A stretch of 64,000 nucleotides of DNA, from the NCBI GenBank assembly GCA_964016885.1, contig OZ024740.1, forward strand, positions 242,358,001-242,422,000, written 5' to 3'. This document shows, piece by piece, positions 23,928 to 37,009 of this stretch (positions are counted from its first letter, which is position 1; each line of letters opens with the position of its first letter). Both the position numbers and the translations under genes were made by a program. This DNA is from Eledone cirrhosa (lineage: Eukaryota). The notes under the pieces are model-generated. The model was not told the DNA's origin, did no database searches, and saw only the letters and a program-made list of their open reading frames with translations.

Positions 23928-25339
23928 CTGAAAGAGGATGGCATTTATTCTTGCAACTACAAGGTAGAATAAAAGCATAGAACCTACCAATTTAGAAAAC
24001 AAAAACAATAATAGATTTTAAAATGTTAAAAAAATATTCTGGGATCTTTCCCCCATGTTTATGCATCTCAAAATAACACTTTCTACATAAAAATCCATAT
24101 TTACCTAAACTATCTGGTTATTAAGATACTACCTAAAACTTAGGACATTTATCTCTGATAAATGAAAATCTAGATCACTTGAAACAACAGCAACATAATA
24201 GAAGCGTGAAAAATGTATTTAAACAGCTAGTCCTGATACAAAAAGGTTATAGGCATGGACTCTCTTAAAACTCAAACTTGAAGGTAAATAACACATTAAA
24301 TCTTGTGTTTCCTTAAATCAACAACAAAGAAATACAAAACAAATAACTGTTACTCACTTAATTCCATTGTATTGCCTACACTTAAGATTTATAAATTTTT
24401 ATAAGACAAAATTGAATGACATAAGAACAAAGACATAATAGCTTGAAACATAAGCAATAACTTTTACATTTGACCCTTAATTATGCTTTATTGTCAAATA
24501 TACAAATGGTTTATGTTGTTGGCCCTCCATCGGTTTCAACAAGTGTTCCAGTTGTTAGATAAACCTGCTTGTGAAATTAACATGCAATTGTATCCTTAAC
24601 ATCATTCTCAGGACATTCAGCATGGCACAGTGTATGACAAATCTGGCTCATTTAATTACAATCACAATTCATTTTTTCCAGCTGCATGGACTGGAGCAAC
24701 ATTAAATAAAGTGTCATACTCATGGACATAATGTGCAGTTGGAAATTAGACTCGGGATCTTCTGATCATGAGCCAAGCACTCTAACCACTAAGCCATGCA
24801 CCTTTAAAAAAAGGTTTAAATCTTAGCATATTATATACATTTAAAAATAATTATATTAACACTATTTGAAAGAATTTTTTAATGGAATATTGATTGGCAC
24901 AGAAACATTTGCCATTACAATCTCTTCAAGAATAATGATTCCAGTCAATTCAAAAATATCTAATTCCATATTTTTTTTCTATTTTATTTGTTGTGTGCAA
25001 ATTTTATTGACAAGCAACATCTGCAACATGACCTTATCAAGAAAACATAATCAAGAATGAATTCATTAATTATAATTATGAGAATAATGCTAGGAACATT
25101 TATTTATGATTTCTTATTTCCACATGCTAAAAGGTGTTTAGATATCTCTGAGAATTGAAGCAAGAACTTTTAGTGTAAAATACTTTCTTTGAAGGCCAAC
25201 AATTCAACTGTGAAAGGAAAAGTTGAATAAGGTCAATGTAATAAAGCCATGGTAGAGGAAGTAATTAAAATACAGCTAACTTGTACCTCGTTTGCTATAG
25301 GTTATATACATAGTATATTACATAGTTCTCTGCAATATC

Positions 25340-25520
25340 CAGCTGGGCCATGTGTAAATTCTTTAAAAATCAATGCCATACAATGTGATTTCATTCTATT
25401 CACAATTGCCCTTTCCAATCCATGAGAAATCAGTCTCATGGAAAGTTTTCGCCAATTTTTCATTCCTAATTTAAACTCGAGGAATCATGTTTTTCATCCT
25501 TTTTGTATCTTTTTATGAGA
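25340..25520 (-). mobile_element. Possible mariner N-terminal fragment
   Basis: Minus strand ttcctcgagtttaaattagga (FLEFKLG) resembles the mariner YEFKLG motif; heavily decayed. Confidence 0.35.
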
Positions 25521-26700
25521 TCAGGATGTGACGAAAAAATATTTGATATTCAGATATACAAACTGAAAAATGGTTAATAATTTAATACATTATATAGTGA
25601 AAAATCAAAGAACCTGCTATAAAGTCCCTCGACTTGTTAGAAATAAAAACCAAATTCCCCTCAAATTGCATCCTACACTGTCATAAAAAGAACACATCAG
25701 ACAGGATGACCACAGCTAAAATTCTTTTAATCATAAGTCAATCAGATCTGTCCTGGGACTCAATACTAATAACATAGTTATTATATTTGTAAATATGAAA
25801 TACAACTTTTAAGAAGCATGAAAGAAAACAATAAAACTATTGAAATAACTACAACAAATGTCAGTTTAAAAGAGAAATAAAATCTAAAATAACCTTCATA
25901 GAAAATAGTTTCCAATATAATGTTACTATAATGTAAGTATTTCAAAAATAATAAATTAAAAACTTCAAGATTATCTAATCACTAAATTTTAAGGGTCAAA
26001 CTAAAGAGCATTGCAATCTCAATACACCAATGAGAAGACTCAATGAATGTAAAATTAATCTGAAACTAAGGTTTCGCTACAACTACAGTGACATGATGTA
26101 TAACTAAAGACAGTCACATTGAAGATGAATAGGTATATGTAACTATGAAATGTTCCACAACACCTTTCTCGGTAGTTGTAGCCCTATTGAAGATTTTGCT
26201 TGAATCAAATATATATATATATCTAAGTAAAACAGCTAAGTGGAACTCATTTCCTCTAAACCAGAGTCATAAAAACAAAAGGTATTCCATTCACTAAGCA
26301 CTCATCTTTAATTATCCAGTAAAAAGCAACAACAAAGTGACCATATATATATATACATATGGATACATTATAAGTATCTTGGTTGGCTGGTACTAGAGAT
26401 TAATCTAACCAATGGCAAATTCAGCAATACTCAAGTACCAGTCACTCAAGACACATATAATAAATACAATTCTGTTACAAGCATGGGTTCATACCTTCAG
26501 TAAATGTTTGTAATTATGGTTGTACCTATAAATCTAAAACTGAACAACAATGTTAATAAATGAATAGATACGTAGGATGTATGTGTATATATACACACAC
26601 ACACACACACAAACACACACATATATATATATACATATATATATCTATTTATTTATATATATATATATATGCATGTGCATATATATACAAATATATGTAC

Positions 26701-26759
<59 letters not shown>

Positions 26760-26807
26760 AATATATGTATGTATATATATACACACAAATAATGCATATA
26801 TATATAC

Positions 26808-26880
<73 letters not shown>

Positions 26881-26985
26881 CTATATATATATACATATAT
26901 ATAGATATATATATATACATATATATATTTCGTTTCTGAATTTGTTTAGCAACATTATTGGCAACATGACCCTCCCAAAGTATAT

Positions 26986-27030
<45 letters not shown>

Positions 27031-27033
<3 letters not shown>

Positions 27034-27094
27034 CCCACTCTACTACCCTAAGTATGCATTTTGGTCCATCTGGTTCCTTACCACATTTCCTTTG

Positions 27095-27098
<4 letters not shown>
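27031..27098 (+). mobile_element. Solo P1 tail fragment
   Basis: ttacccactctactaccctaagt...ggttccttaccacatttcctttgtta is the reverse complement of 1573-1652 with an internal deletion; between (TA)n tracts. Confidence 0.7.
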
Positions 27099-27139
<41 letters not shown>

Positions 27140-27154
27140 TATATACATATATAC

Positions 27155-27212
<58 letters not shown>

Positions 27213-27355
27213 GAAAAGTATAGAAATTATTGTAGCAAGAAGCCAACAGTATTCCATAATATATAAGTGACTATAGTGTCAAAATGGAAAAATAGTTAAC
27301 GTAAGATGTGAGAAAATAATTCAAACTCAATTAAAAAAGAATCAGGATATAGATT

Positions 27356-27396
<41 letters not shown>

Positions 27397-27807
27397 CACA
27401 TATATATATTTATACACGTAAAAATATATCTATATAAATGTACATATATATATATATATATATATAAATGTATATACATGTAAATATATATATACATATA
27501 TATGCATATAAATCATAAATATATATTTAAATATACACATAAATAAATATACATATATATATATATATAGATACATCTATATAAATATACATATATATAT
27601 ACATGTATGTATATATATATATATATTTATATGCATATATATGCATAGAAATATATACAAATGAATATACATGTATATATACATATAAATATACATATAC
27701 ATATATATATATATATATACTTGTGTATAATGGTAGCTATGGTGCTTCCATAGGCGGTATGCCAAAATTAGTACTCAATATTCAGCAGAGTAGAGTGTAG
27801 ATATTAC

Positions 27808-28476
27808 AAAGAAAACGAAAAATCAGTGATGCATCTGGACTCAATTTATTGCGTGTTACAATTGTTTCTCCGGCAGGTAGCTCGAGACGTGGTCCTTGTA
27901 TGGATCCGGCTGATTCTACTTCTGCAGGTTCATTCAGACAGAGTATTTCGTTTGGAGCAAATTTTATCACTGGGGTGTTATCATAAAAAAAAAGTGAGGG
28001 AGAGAGTGTGTGTGTATATATACATATATATATGTGTGGGGGGGTGTGTGTCTATGCATGTATGCGTACATATGTGTATGCACACATGTGTCTGTGTCTG
28101 CCTGTGTGTATTTGTATGTGTGGGTGCATGCTCTGGAGTGTGAGATACCGAACCCAGCATGACTCCATTGAAGTGTGTTGGACGAAAAATGGCTGATGAC
28201 CTGTGTAGAGGTAATTATTGACCAGAACTTAAGATGACGTGGAGTAACAACAGCCAATGGCATGACAAGAGTGGAAGAGGTTTTTTAGGGTGTTTTTTTA
28301 TGATAACACCCAGTGATAAAATTTGCTCCGAACGAACTACCCGTGTCTGAAGGAACCTGCAGCCGTAGAATCAGTCAGATCCATACAGGGACCACGTCTC
28401 GAGCTACCTGCCGGCAAAACAATTGCAACACGCAATAAATTGAGTCCAGATGCATCACTGATTTTTCGTTTTCTTT
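27808..28476. mobile_element. Inverted pair of family P2 (~185-bp arms, ~300-bp spacer), each with an HHR-like motif pointing outward
   Basis: 27808-27993 is the reverse complement of 28293-28476, with scattered mismatches; embedded in (TA)n. Confidence 0.85.
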
Positions 28477-28486
28477 ATACTATATA

Positions 28487-28522
<36 letters not shown>

Positions 28523-28741
28523 CACATATATTTATATATATATATACACACATATATATAAATAGAGGCATATACACACATATATATATATAAATATAGG
28601 CATACACACATATATATATATATATATACATAAATATATATATATACATATATATATATAAATATACATATATATATATAAATATACATAGATACATATA
28701 AATATATATATACATACATATAAATATATAAATATACATGC

Positions 28742-28804
<63 letters not shown>

Positions 28805-28806
<2 letters not shown>

Positions 28807-30083
28807 AAAGTTAAACAAGGTTCAATGAATAAATCAAAGAATGAGTTTTACAATAGATTGGAAGCACTCAACAGTTTTGGTTTTCCTTCGCTGGACATTT
28901 TAGAAGTAACTTTTGTCTACTATATATTAAAACCCTCTCGCATTTTAAACTATATTTTTAATATTGGACATTTGTATGTTTCGCAAACAATTCATTATTT
29001 TTTCACTTTTTATTTTGTATCTAGTCCTTATCCTTAGGACTCATATAGTTTTGACTTATATATTTATAGTATATATCTATTAAATTATCCTTTTACAATA
29101 ATTGTTCTAAAACATTAATTTTTTAACAATATTTTCAGTAACTTATTTACTATATTGTATTATGTTGTGTATATTTGAAAGGTATCATCTTTAGACAATA
29201 TAATCTTTGTGTATTTTTTTTTATATACACATATATGTAATTTAAAATTCAGACCTCTTTAAGTTTAATTATAAGGCCTGTTGATCCTAGAGGCACTCAA
29301 ATTGTTAATCATAAATTCTTTAAAAATTATAACTGTAATTATTTTCTAAATTATATTATATAAACTGTTGTCAATATTATAAATAATTTTGGTAAAGTTT
29401 ACCTTCGTGAGGTTGTAAAAACATTGTTTTCTTTCTCGTGTTTGTAAATCCTTTAAATTTGATTTCATAAAATTTGATTTTAGAAATTAAATTTGATAGT
29501 ATACTTTAATATTAATACAGATACCTATTAACTTTTAAAACCTAAAATATTATTCATTAATCTGAACTAACTTAAATTAAATATTTTGAATATTAACGGT
29601 CAACCAAATAAGTTTTGATATATATTGTATATATATACTTGAACATAAGTTATTCCTCTTTGTCTCTCTCTCTCTGTAATTAACTCTCTTTTGTTTTTCG
29701 AGGCCCCTACTAACTATATTATCCCATCAGCTGTTTCTTCCTCTATGCTTTCCTTTCTTTCCTCTTCAGTAATTTAAATTTTTTAACAGTTATATTGATG
29801 CCAAGTATTTTTGAAGCTGTCTCACACGCACCCTCTCTATTGTATATATTATATATTTTTCTCATGTTCTCAATATTAAGGTATATAAATATTGAGTTTT
29901 GTCATATATTACTCACTACCATGACTGAATCTTAACCATCTACTATGTCAGGGTATGTCATGCATCATCTTATTTTATCTGATGAGGACGTACTGTTGAA
30001 GTTAACTCAGTACCTCTGAAATATGTATAATAAAATATACTTGATCACAAGAATATCTATTTTGTTAATATTTTGAATTAATA

Positions 30084-30085
<2 letters not shown>
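28805..30085 (+). mobile_element. Probable decayed Penelope-like element (PLE) 3' portion ending in an HHR-containing terminal repeat
   Basis: 1.3-kb unique block bounded on both sides by (TA)n, with the HHR near its right end. Weak GIY-YIG-like remnant on + at ~29330-29420 (YNCNYFLNYII*TVVNIINNFGKVYLREV). Confidence 0.45.
29971..30037 (+). ncRNA. Minimal type I hammerhead ribozyme, slightly degenerate
   Basis: Stem I tattttat (29971-78); CTGATGA (29979-85); stem II ggacgtactg...cagtacctct (2 mismatches); GAAA (30018-21); near-palindromic tatgta; TA cleavage site (30028-29); ataaaata (30030-37), exact complement of stem I. Confidence 0.75.
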
Positions 30086-30114
<29 letters not shown>

Positions 30115-30118
<4 letters not shown>

Positions 30119-30274
30119 ACAAAGGAGTTGTGGTAAAGAACCAGATGGACCATAATGCACCAGAGTACTCAATCCTTAGGGTAGTAGAGTGGGTAATAGG
30201 AGAAAGTATGACCCCGATGGGAGAGCTCAAGCCGTATCGACGGCTTGAGCTCTGCCGTCGGGGTCATACTTTCT

Positions 30275-30279
<5 letters not shown>
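30115..30279. mobile_element. Second P1 fold-back copy (centre collapsed)
   Basis: Homologous to 1573-1767; palindrome 30196-30279 centred on gccgt-atcg-acggc; (TA)n on both sides. Confidence 0.8.
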
Positions 30280-30338
<59 letters not shown>

Positions 30339-30434
30339 GTAATAATAATAATATATATATATATATATTTGTTTATATATATATATATGTTTTGCAAGGT
30401 TTTTGATATGAAATCGTGTGTCAAACAAATTTTA

Positions 30435-31007
30435 TTATACTTGGGGAGGGTGATATTGTTGTAGTAATATTGTCAGAAATAATAACAGAACACACTCACT
30501 GTTTGTTTGGTTTTCGCTTGTGCATCTTTTATATCTCCATAGTTAATTTATTTGGCAATCAATGTTTATCATTGACTGACCATTGGTTAAAAATACAGAT
30601 ATAAATATATATATATATATATATATAGTCTAACAAAGTTCTTTTGTTGCACATCTGCAACATCATCAGTCATACTATTATGTTCCCACCTATTGTGTTG
30701 TATTGTTCACGTCAATTTTATTTTATTAGAATAAAATAAAATTGACATGAACATTACAATACAACACAATAGGTGGGAACATAATAGTATCACTGATGAT
30801 GTTGCAGATGTGCAACAAAAGAACTTTGTTAGACTATATATATATTTATATTTTTAACTGAAGGTCAGTCAATGATAAACATTGACTGCCAAATAAATTA
30901 ACTATGGAGATATAAAAGATGCACAAGCGAAAACCAAACAAACAGTGAGTGTGTTCTGTTATTATTTCTTGCAATATTATTACAACAATATGACCTTCCC
31001 CAAGTAT

Positions 31008-31009
<2 letters not shown>
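30435..31009. repeat. Large palindrome (family P3), ~285-bp arms, 2-nt centre
   Basis: Arms 30435-30727 / 30730-31009; the ORF track shows near-identical peptides on opposite strands ([26 protein letters not shown]). Related terminal fragment at ~26945-26988. Confidence 0.9.
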
Positions 31010-31076
<67 letters not shown>

Positions 31077-31256
31077 TATAAATATATATATACATATAAA
31101 TATATATATATACATATATATACATATAAATATATACATATATATACATATAAATACATATATATATATACATATATATACATATAAATATATATATACA
31201 TATCAATTGTAAATATTTATATCTTCATACATATAAATATATATATATACATATTG

Positions 31257-31289
<33 letters not shown>

Positions 31290-31294
<5 letters not shown>

Positions 31295-31536
31295 AGAAAA
31301 ATAAGATGAAATCGAAAATGCAACTGGAGTCTTATTTTTAAAAAAAATATATATATTTATTTGGTTCCTTTACCGGTTTCGCATTTCTTCTGAGAAAACC
31401 CACAGATCCTCCATCTCAACTCTACTTTTGAAAAGCGGAAGAACTGCAAAACCGATAAAGGAACCAAATAAATATATATATTTTTTTTTTAAATAAGACT
31501 CCAGTTGCATTTTCGATTTCATCATTTTTCTTTATA
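31290..31536. mobile_element. Fold-back element P4 with HHR 3' half (GAAA-CCGG-TA)
   Basis: ~100-bp arms 31290-31390 / 31438-31536, 47-nt loop. The left arm on minus reads gaagaaatgc-GAAA-CCGG-TA-aagg...aataaa. Right side extends unpaired to ~31598; (TA)n flanks. Confidence 0.8.
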
Positions 31537-31598
31537 CTTTCACTCGTGTAGGACACCTCGGTTATTTTTCATTTTGTAAAAAAAAACCTCACTTTCTA

Positions 31599-31691
<93 letters not shown>

Positions 31692-31735
31692 ATATATACA
31701 TATAAATATATATATACATATTCATATCTATATAC

Positions 31736-31772
<37 letters not shown>

Positions 31773-31780
31773 CATATATG

Positions 31781-31811
<31 letters not shown>

Positions 31812-31930
31812 TCACATATATGTATATATATATATTCACATATATATATACATATACACATATATATATATGTATATATACACACATATATATATATATA
31901 CACATGTATGTATATGTGTATATATATATA

Positions 31931-31976
<46 letters not shown>

Positions 31977-32075
31977 TATACACATATATATAGATACATA
32001 CATATATATATGTATATATATATATATATATACATATATATAGATACATACATATAGATACATACATATATATAG

Positions 32076-32112
<37 letters not shown>

Positions 32113-32339
32113 GATACATACATATATATAGATACATACATATATATATATATACATATATATAGATACATAGATACATACATATATATAGATACATACA
32201 TATATATATATACATATATATAGATACATAGATACATACATATATATAGATACATACATATATATATATATATACATATATATAGATACATACATATATA
32301 CATATATATACACATACACACACACATATATATATATAT

Positions 32340-32371
<32 letters not shown>

Positions 32372-32373
32372 AT

Positions 32374-32462
<89 letters not shown>

Positions 32463-32513
32463 CATACATATATATATATATATATACATACATGTATATA
32501 TATATATATATAT

Positions 32514-32546
<33 letters not shown>

Positions 32547-32567
32547 CATACATGTATATATATATAT

Positions 32568-32672
<105 letters not shown>

Positions 32673-32673
32673 C

Positions 32674-32720
<47 letters not shown>

Positions 32721-32743
32721 CATGTATATATATATATATATAT

Positions 32744-32916
<173 letters not shown>

Positions 32917-34053
32917 CATACATATATATATATATATATATATGCTATATATATGCATGGAAAATGGACATTAAACGATGATATATATACATATGTGTTT
33001 TTATATATGTAGTTATTATTTTTGGCCTATTATTATTATTTGTTGAATTAAGGGAATTATCTTTAATTTACCAATCCTTGGAGGTAAATTCAGATGCCGT
33101 ATGTGGCAAGCCTCTGCTCAAAAATATATTAAAATGAAAAAAAGGGTATTTAAAACTGAGTTAATGGTTAAGGTTAGTAGTGAAAAAATATAAAATTAGT
33201 AACAACTAGCATTAGTAATAGTTAGCAAGTTGCAAAGTGATAACTAGTATTGTTAATTATGCCATATATGTTAAAATGACAAAGGAAAATGTTTATGAAG
33301 AATGAAAAATGTCTGGAAATTAAAAGAGAAAATATATATACTGAATTCATTTGAATAAAGAAATAAATGAATTAATAGATAAATAAATAAACAATTTTAT
33401 TTTCACATTTGAATTCACCAAAAATACTGTTATGAATAAACCAGAAACTGCTTTCAGCTGATGAATATTTCTATCTATAATGTATGTATGCGTGTAGTTG
33501 TATTCATAATAAATATCAAAATAAGTAAAGCACTCAGTAAAGACTAGTTGTGTTATATAAAATATAATATTACATCATGTAATAAAATATTATATATATA
33601 TGATGATGATGATGATGAAGCGTTCAAGTTGAAAATAATACCTGAAATTTAAAATGTATAAATATTTTACTTGTGTTTTTTCTTTTACACATAATAGATT
33701 GTCACAAGACCAAACAATTATTGACAAAGGAAGTCACAACCATTTAAATCAAACCCAGTATTTGTCTGTTACATATTTAACACCTGCTTTAACAGAGAAA
33801 ATAAACATACACCAATTTGGGACCAACCTGCTGAGAACTACCTCTATTCCTATAAAAGAAGACTGCCCATTTTAAATAGTTCCTATTTAAATTGAAATCT
33901 TCCAACATTATTTGTTATTAGAATCTTTTATTAAGGTAAGTTATAAATACTATCTTAATAATTAAATAACCAATGATTTTAGTAAATCCCTCTAAATTCT
34001 TCATTACGAAAATTGGTCATGAAAGGTTTACAATGCTTGTTATTGAATGCAGT

Positions 34054-34281
34054 TTAATCCTTTAATGTTCAAACCGGCCAAAACCGGTGAGAATTCTCTA
34101 CCTCTTTCTGTTGAAACTGGCTGTACCTGGTCACTGAAACTAATATTAAGGTATTGTTCTCAAAATAAATACTTTCAAAATCTCATAGATTCAATATTAT
34201 GTGAGATAATTATGTGAGATAAAGCATTTACTATGAAAATACAATAGTAAATATAGAGTAATGTGAATGCTAAAGGGTTAA
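34054..34281 (+). mobile_element. MITE family C copy
   Basis: Homologous to 4905-5130; TTAA at both ends. Confidence 0.8.
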
Positions 34282-34874
34282 GTATGAACACAAGTTTCAA
34301 TCAACTATTATTGTTTAAGTTCTATAACATTCTAACATTTTTTCTATGTTGCCATAAAAAAGAAATCCTTATGACAGGGATGTGGAAGTTTTTGTCCATG
34401 GCAAAGTTTTCACCTGCATGCTATTTTGAAACCACTCACTGAGGATGTCTTCAATACATTATAAAGTGTCAAGCTAATAAAATAATTTGACCTAGAACAG
34501 TTTAGTATTAATGTATCCAGGAAGAAATATTTTCTGGTCTGCCCTAGAAGCAAAACCATAGCTTTGTTACATATCTATGAATTTGTGAAATTAAAAATGC
34601 ATTATTTTCTCAGCACAGATGCATGCCCACATGTGGTACAGGATGTTAACAAGGTTTATAAGTGTAGGAATTATGTGCCCAAAGAAAATATTTTCTATTT
34701 CAGAAAGTTCAAATAAAATATTCTACTCTGTCAAAATATATCTTTATATCTTTGACCATGGTATTATTTCTTTTGAGAATAATTCTGTTTGGGAATAGAC
34801 TAAATTATAACTGTTATTTTCAACATTTAAGGGAATCAAGTAACATGCCAAACCCTAATTTGCAAATTGGTTCC

Positions 34875-35182
34875 TTAACTCTGCCATTACAATATTTTAA
34901 GTGAAATATACTGCCCATGCATTTCAATTAATTTTCAATATAACAGTGAATTTTGAATGAGTTAATAAAATTACTGGAACATTGCATATTTATTACTATA
35001 TTATGCTGGAGGTTGAGGCAAAAAGGGCCTTATGTAAAACTATAATAAACATTTTAGCAATCATATAATAATGTAAATTTGGTTGGTTGAAATTTTCATT
35101 GAAATATGAACACTTTAATATGGGCAGTTTTGTAACATGAGATCAGGGGCAGTAACCAATGAGTTGGTATAGAAAGAGTTAA
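34875..35182 (+). mobile_element. Older TTAA-flanked MITE family D
   Basis: ttaa-ctct...agag-ttaa; diverged relatives at ~45306-45535 and ~48070-48282. Confidence 0.5.
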
Positions 35183-35312
35183 ATTGCTATTCAATACATT
35201 ATAAAGTGTCAAGCTAATAAAATAATAATGTATCAAGGAAGAAATATTTTCAGGTCTGCCATAGAAGCAAAACCATAGCCTTATGAGTGAAATTTGCTAA
35301 ATTACACTAAAG

Positions 35313-35507
35313 AAATAATTGTTTCTTTTTTGGCACAAGGCCTGCAATTATCCCAGTGCATTACTGGTGCTTTATTTTATCGACCCCGTAAGGATGAAAG
35401 GCAAAGTTAACCTTGGTGGGATTTGAACTCAGACCGTAAAGGGCCGTAGCTATATGCTGCAAAGCATGGCGTCCGACTCTCTACCGATACTGCCAATCCG
35501 CTGCCCT
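35313..35507 (-). mobile_element. SINE family B copy
   Basis: Reverse complement of 52068-52260. Confidence 0.8.
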
Positions 35508-36772
35508 AAATAAATAATACCTATGGAGTTTCTTTGAAGGAACTGTTCCCATTCTTGGGTGGTAGATTTAATTCATACCACTTGGTCTCTGGGTACTTTT
35601 AGTAGAATACACTCCATTGCAACTATTTGGTCCAGGTTTTCAGTCTGAAGATAATATCCTCCTTTCTTCCTACCAATCTTGGAGGTCTTGAAAAGGGTCA
35701 TAGGGTGAGGCCATTCTTATTTTGATTAAGTCATTTACAAAAATGATTAAAAAATCTTAATCGCTATAAAACTCTTCTAATTGTTAGAATATATCAAATT
35801 ATATGTTAATAAACCTGTTTGAAAAGTCAGATTCTCCCTACTACTAATACAATGTAACCATGTACAACCTATCTTATGGACAGGTGGTTGGCAAATAACA
35901 ACTCCACCACACACAAACACTGAGTTTCCAGGGTGGGGAAGGTATGTGAGCATCCAGCAGGATTAAAAATAAAACTTATTAATGGGCAGAAGTGATTCTC
36001 AAGGAGAAGCTAATCGCCAATCATATCTAAAGGAGCCAAGTACTGCCAGGTTATCTGTCCTTTGCAAAGCACACTGCCGTGTAACTACAGCCTCTATGGG
36101 ATATGGATGTTGTATTAGGTTGGTACTTTTTTGATTGACCTCAAAAGGAATAAAGGCAAAGTTGACCATGGTAGGATTTGAACAGAGAGCCGGAACAAAC
36201 ACTGCAAACCATTCTATCTGATGTTCTAACAACTCTGCCAATTTGCCACCTATATCCATGATTAAACATCTAAAAATTATTTATTACTTTTGACAAATAG
36301 ATTTCAATAAAAAATAAGCTAGAAATGTTTTGCTGACAAAATTTTCCACATTAATAACTAATCTTGAGAATATGTTAATTGTACATATTTAACAAGCTAA
36401 TAATTTTGGCTTTATTTTTAGCTTTTAAAGTAGAGGAACTATAATTAAAAATTAAAATTTGTTATTTAGGACTTCTTAAATAACGTTAGTGCTTATTGTG
36501 AATTTGAAAGAGAAGATAATATTCTGCCGGGTGCAAGATATTGTAAATTAGTTTCATAAATTGAATATCGGAAACAGGCAGAAACTCACAAACACTTTGA
36601 CCTTGAACTCTCTTCTCACATATAACCATTAAATGATCCCCCAAAACTATCTTGTAACCTTCATATATCTGACCTTTGGCTGATTTATTCATATGTATAT
36701 ACATTTATCTTTGACACTTTTATTCCATTTAATATTTCTTCTGATAATTCCTTTCAATTTATAACTTGTTAT

Positions 36773-37009
36773 TTAACCCCTTAGCATTTATATTACTCAA
36801 TATTTACTATTGTATTTTCATGGTAAAGGCTTTATCTTACATAATGATCTCACATAATATCGAATCTATGAGATTTTGAAGTTATTAAGTTATTTATTTT
36901 GAGAACAATACCTTAACATAAGTATCAGCAGCTGGTTATGGCTGGTGTGAACAGAAAAAGCTGGGAGAATTCTGGCCGGATATGACTGGTTTAAATGCTA
37001 AAGGCTTAA
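36773..37009 (-). mobile_element. MITE family C copy
   Basis: Reverse complement homologue; TTAA at both ends. Confidence 0.8.

Noticed and set aside
36486-36704. 72-aa ORF in unique intronic sequence
   Set aside because: No recognisable motif or compatible splice sites.
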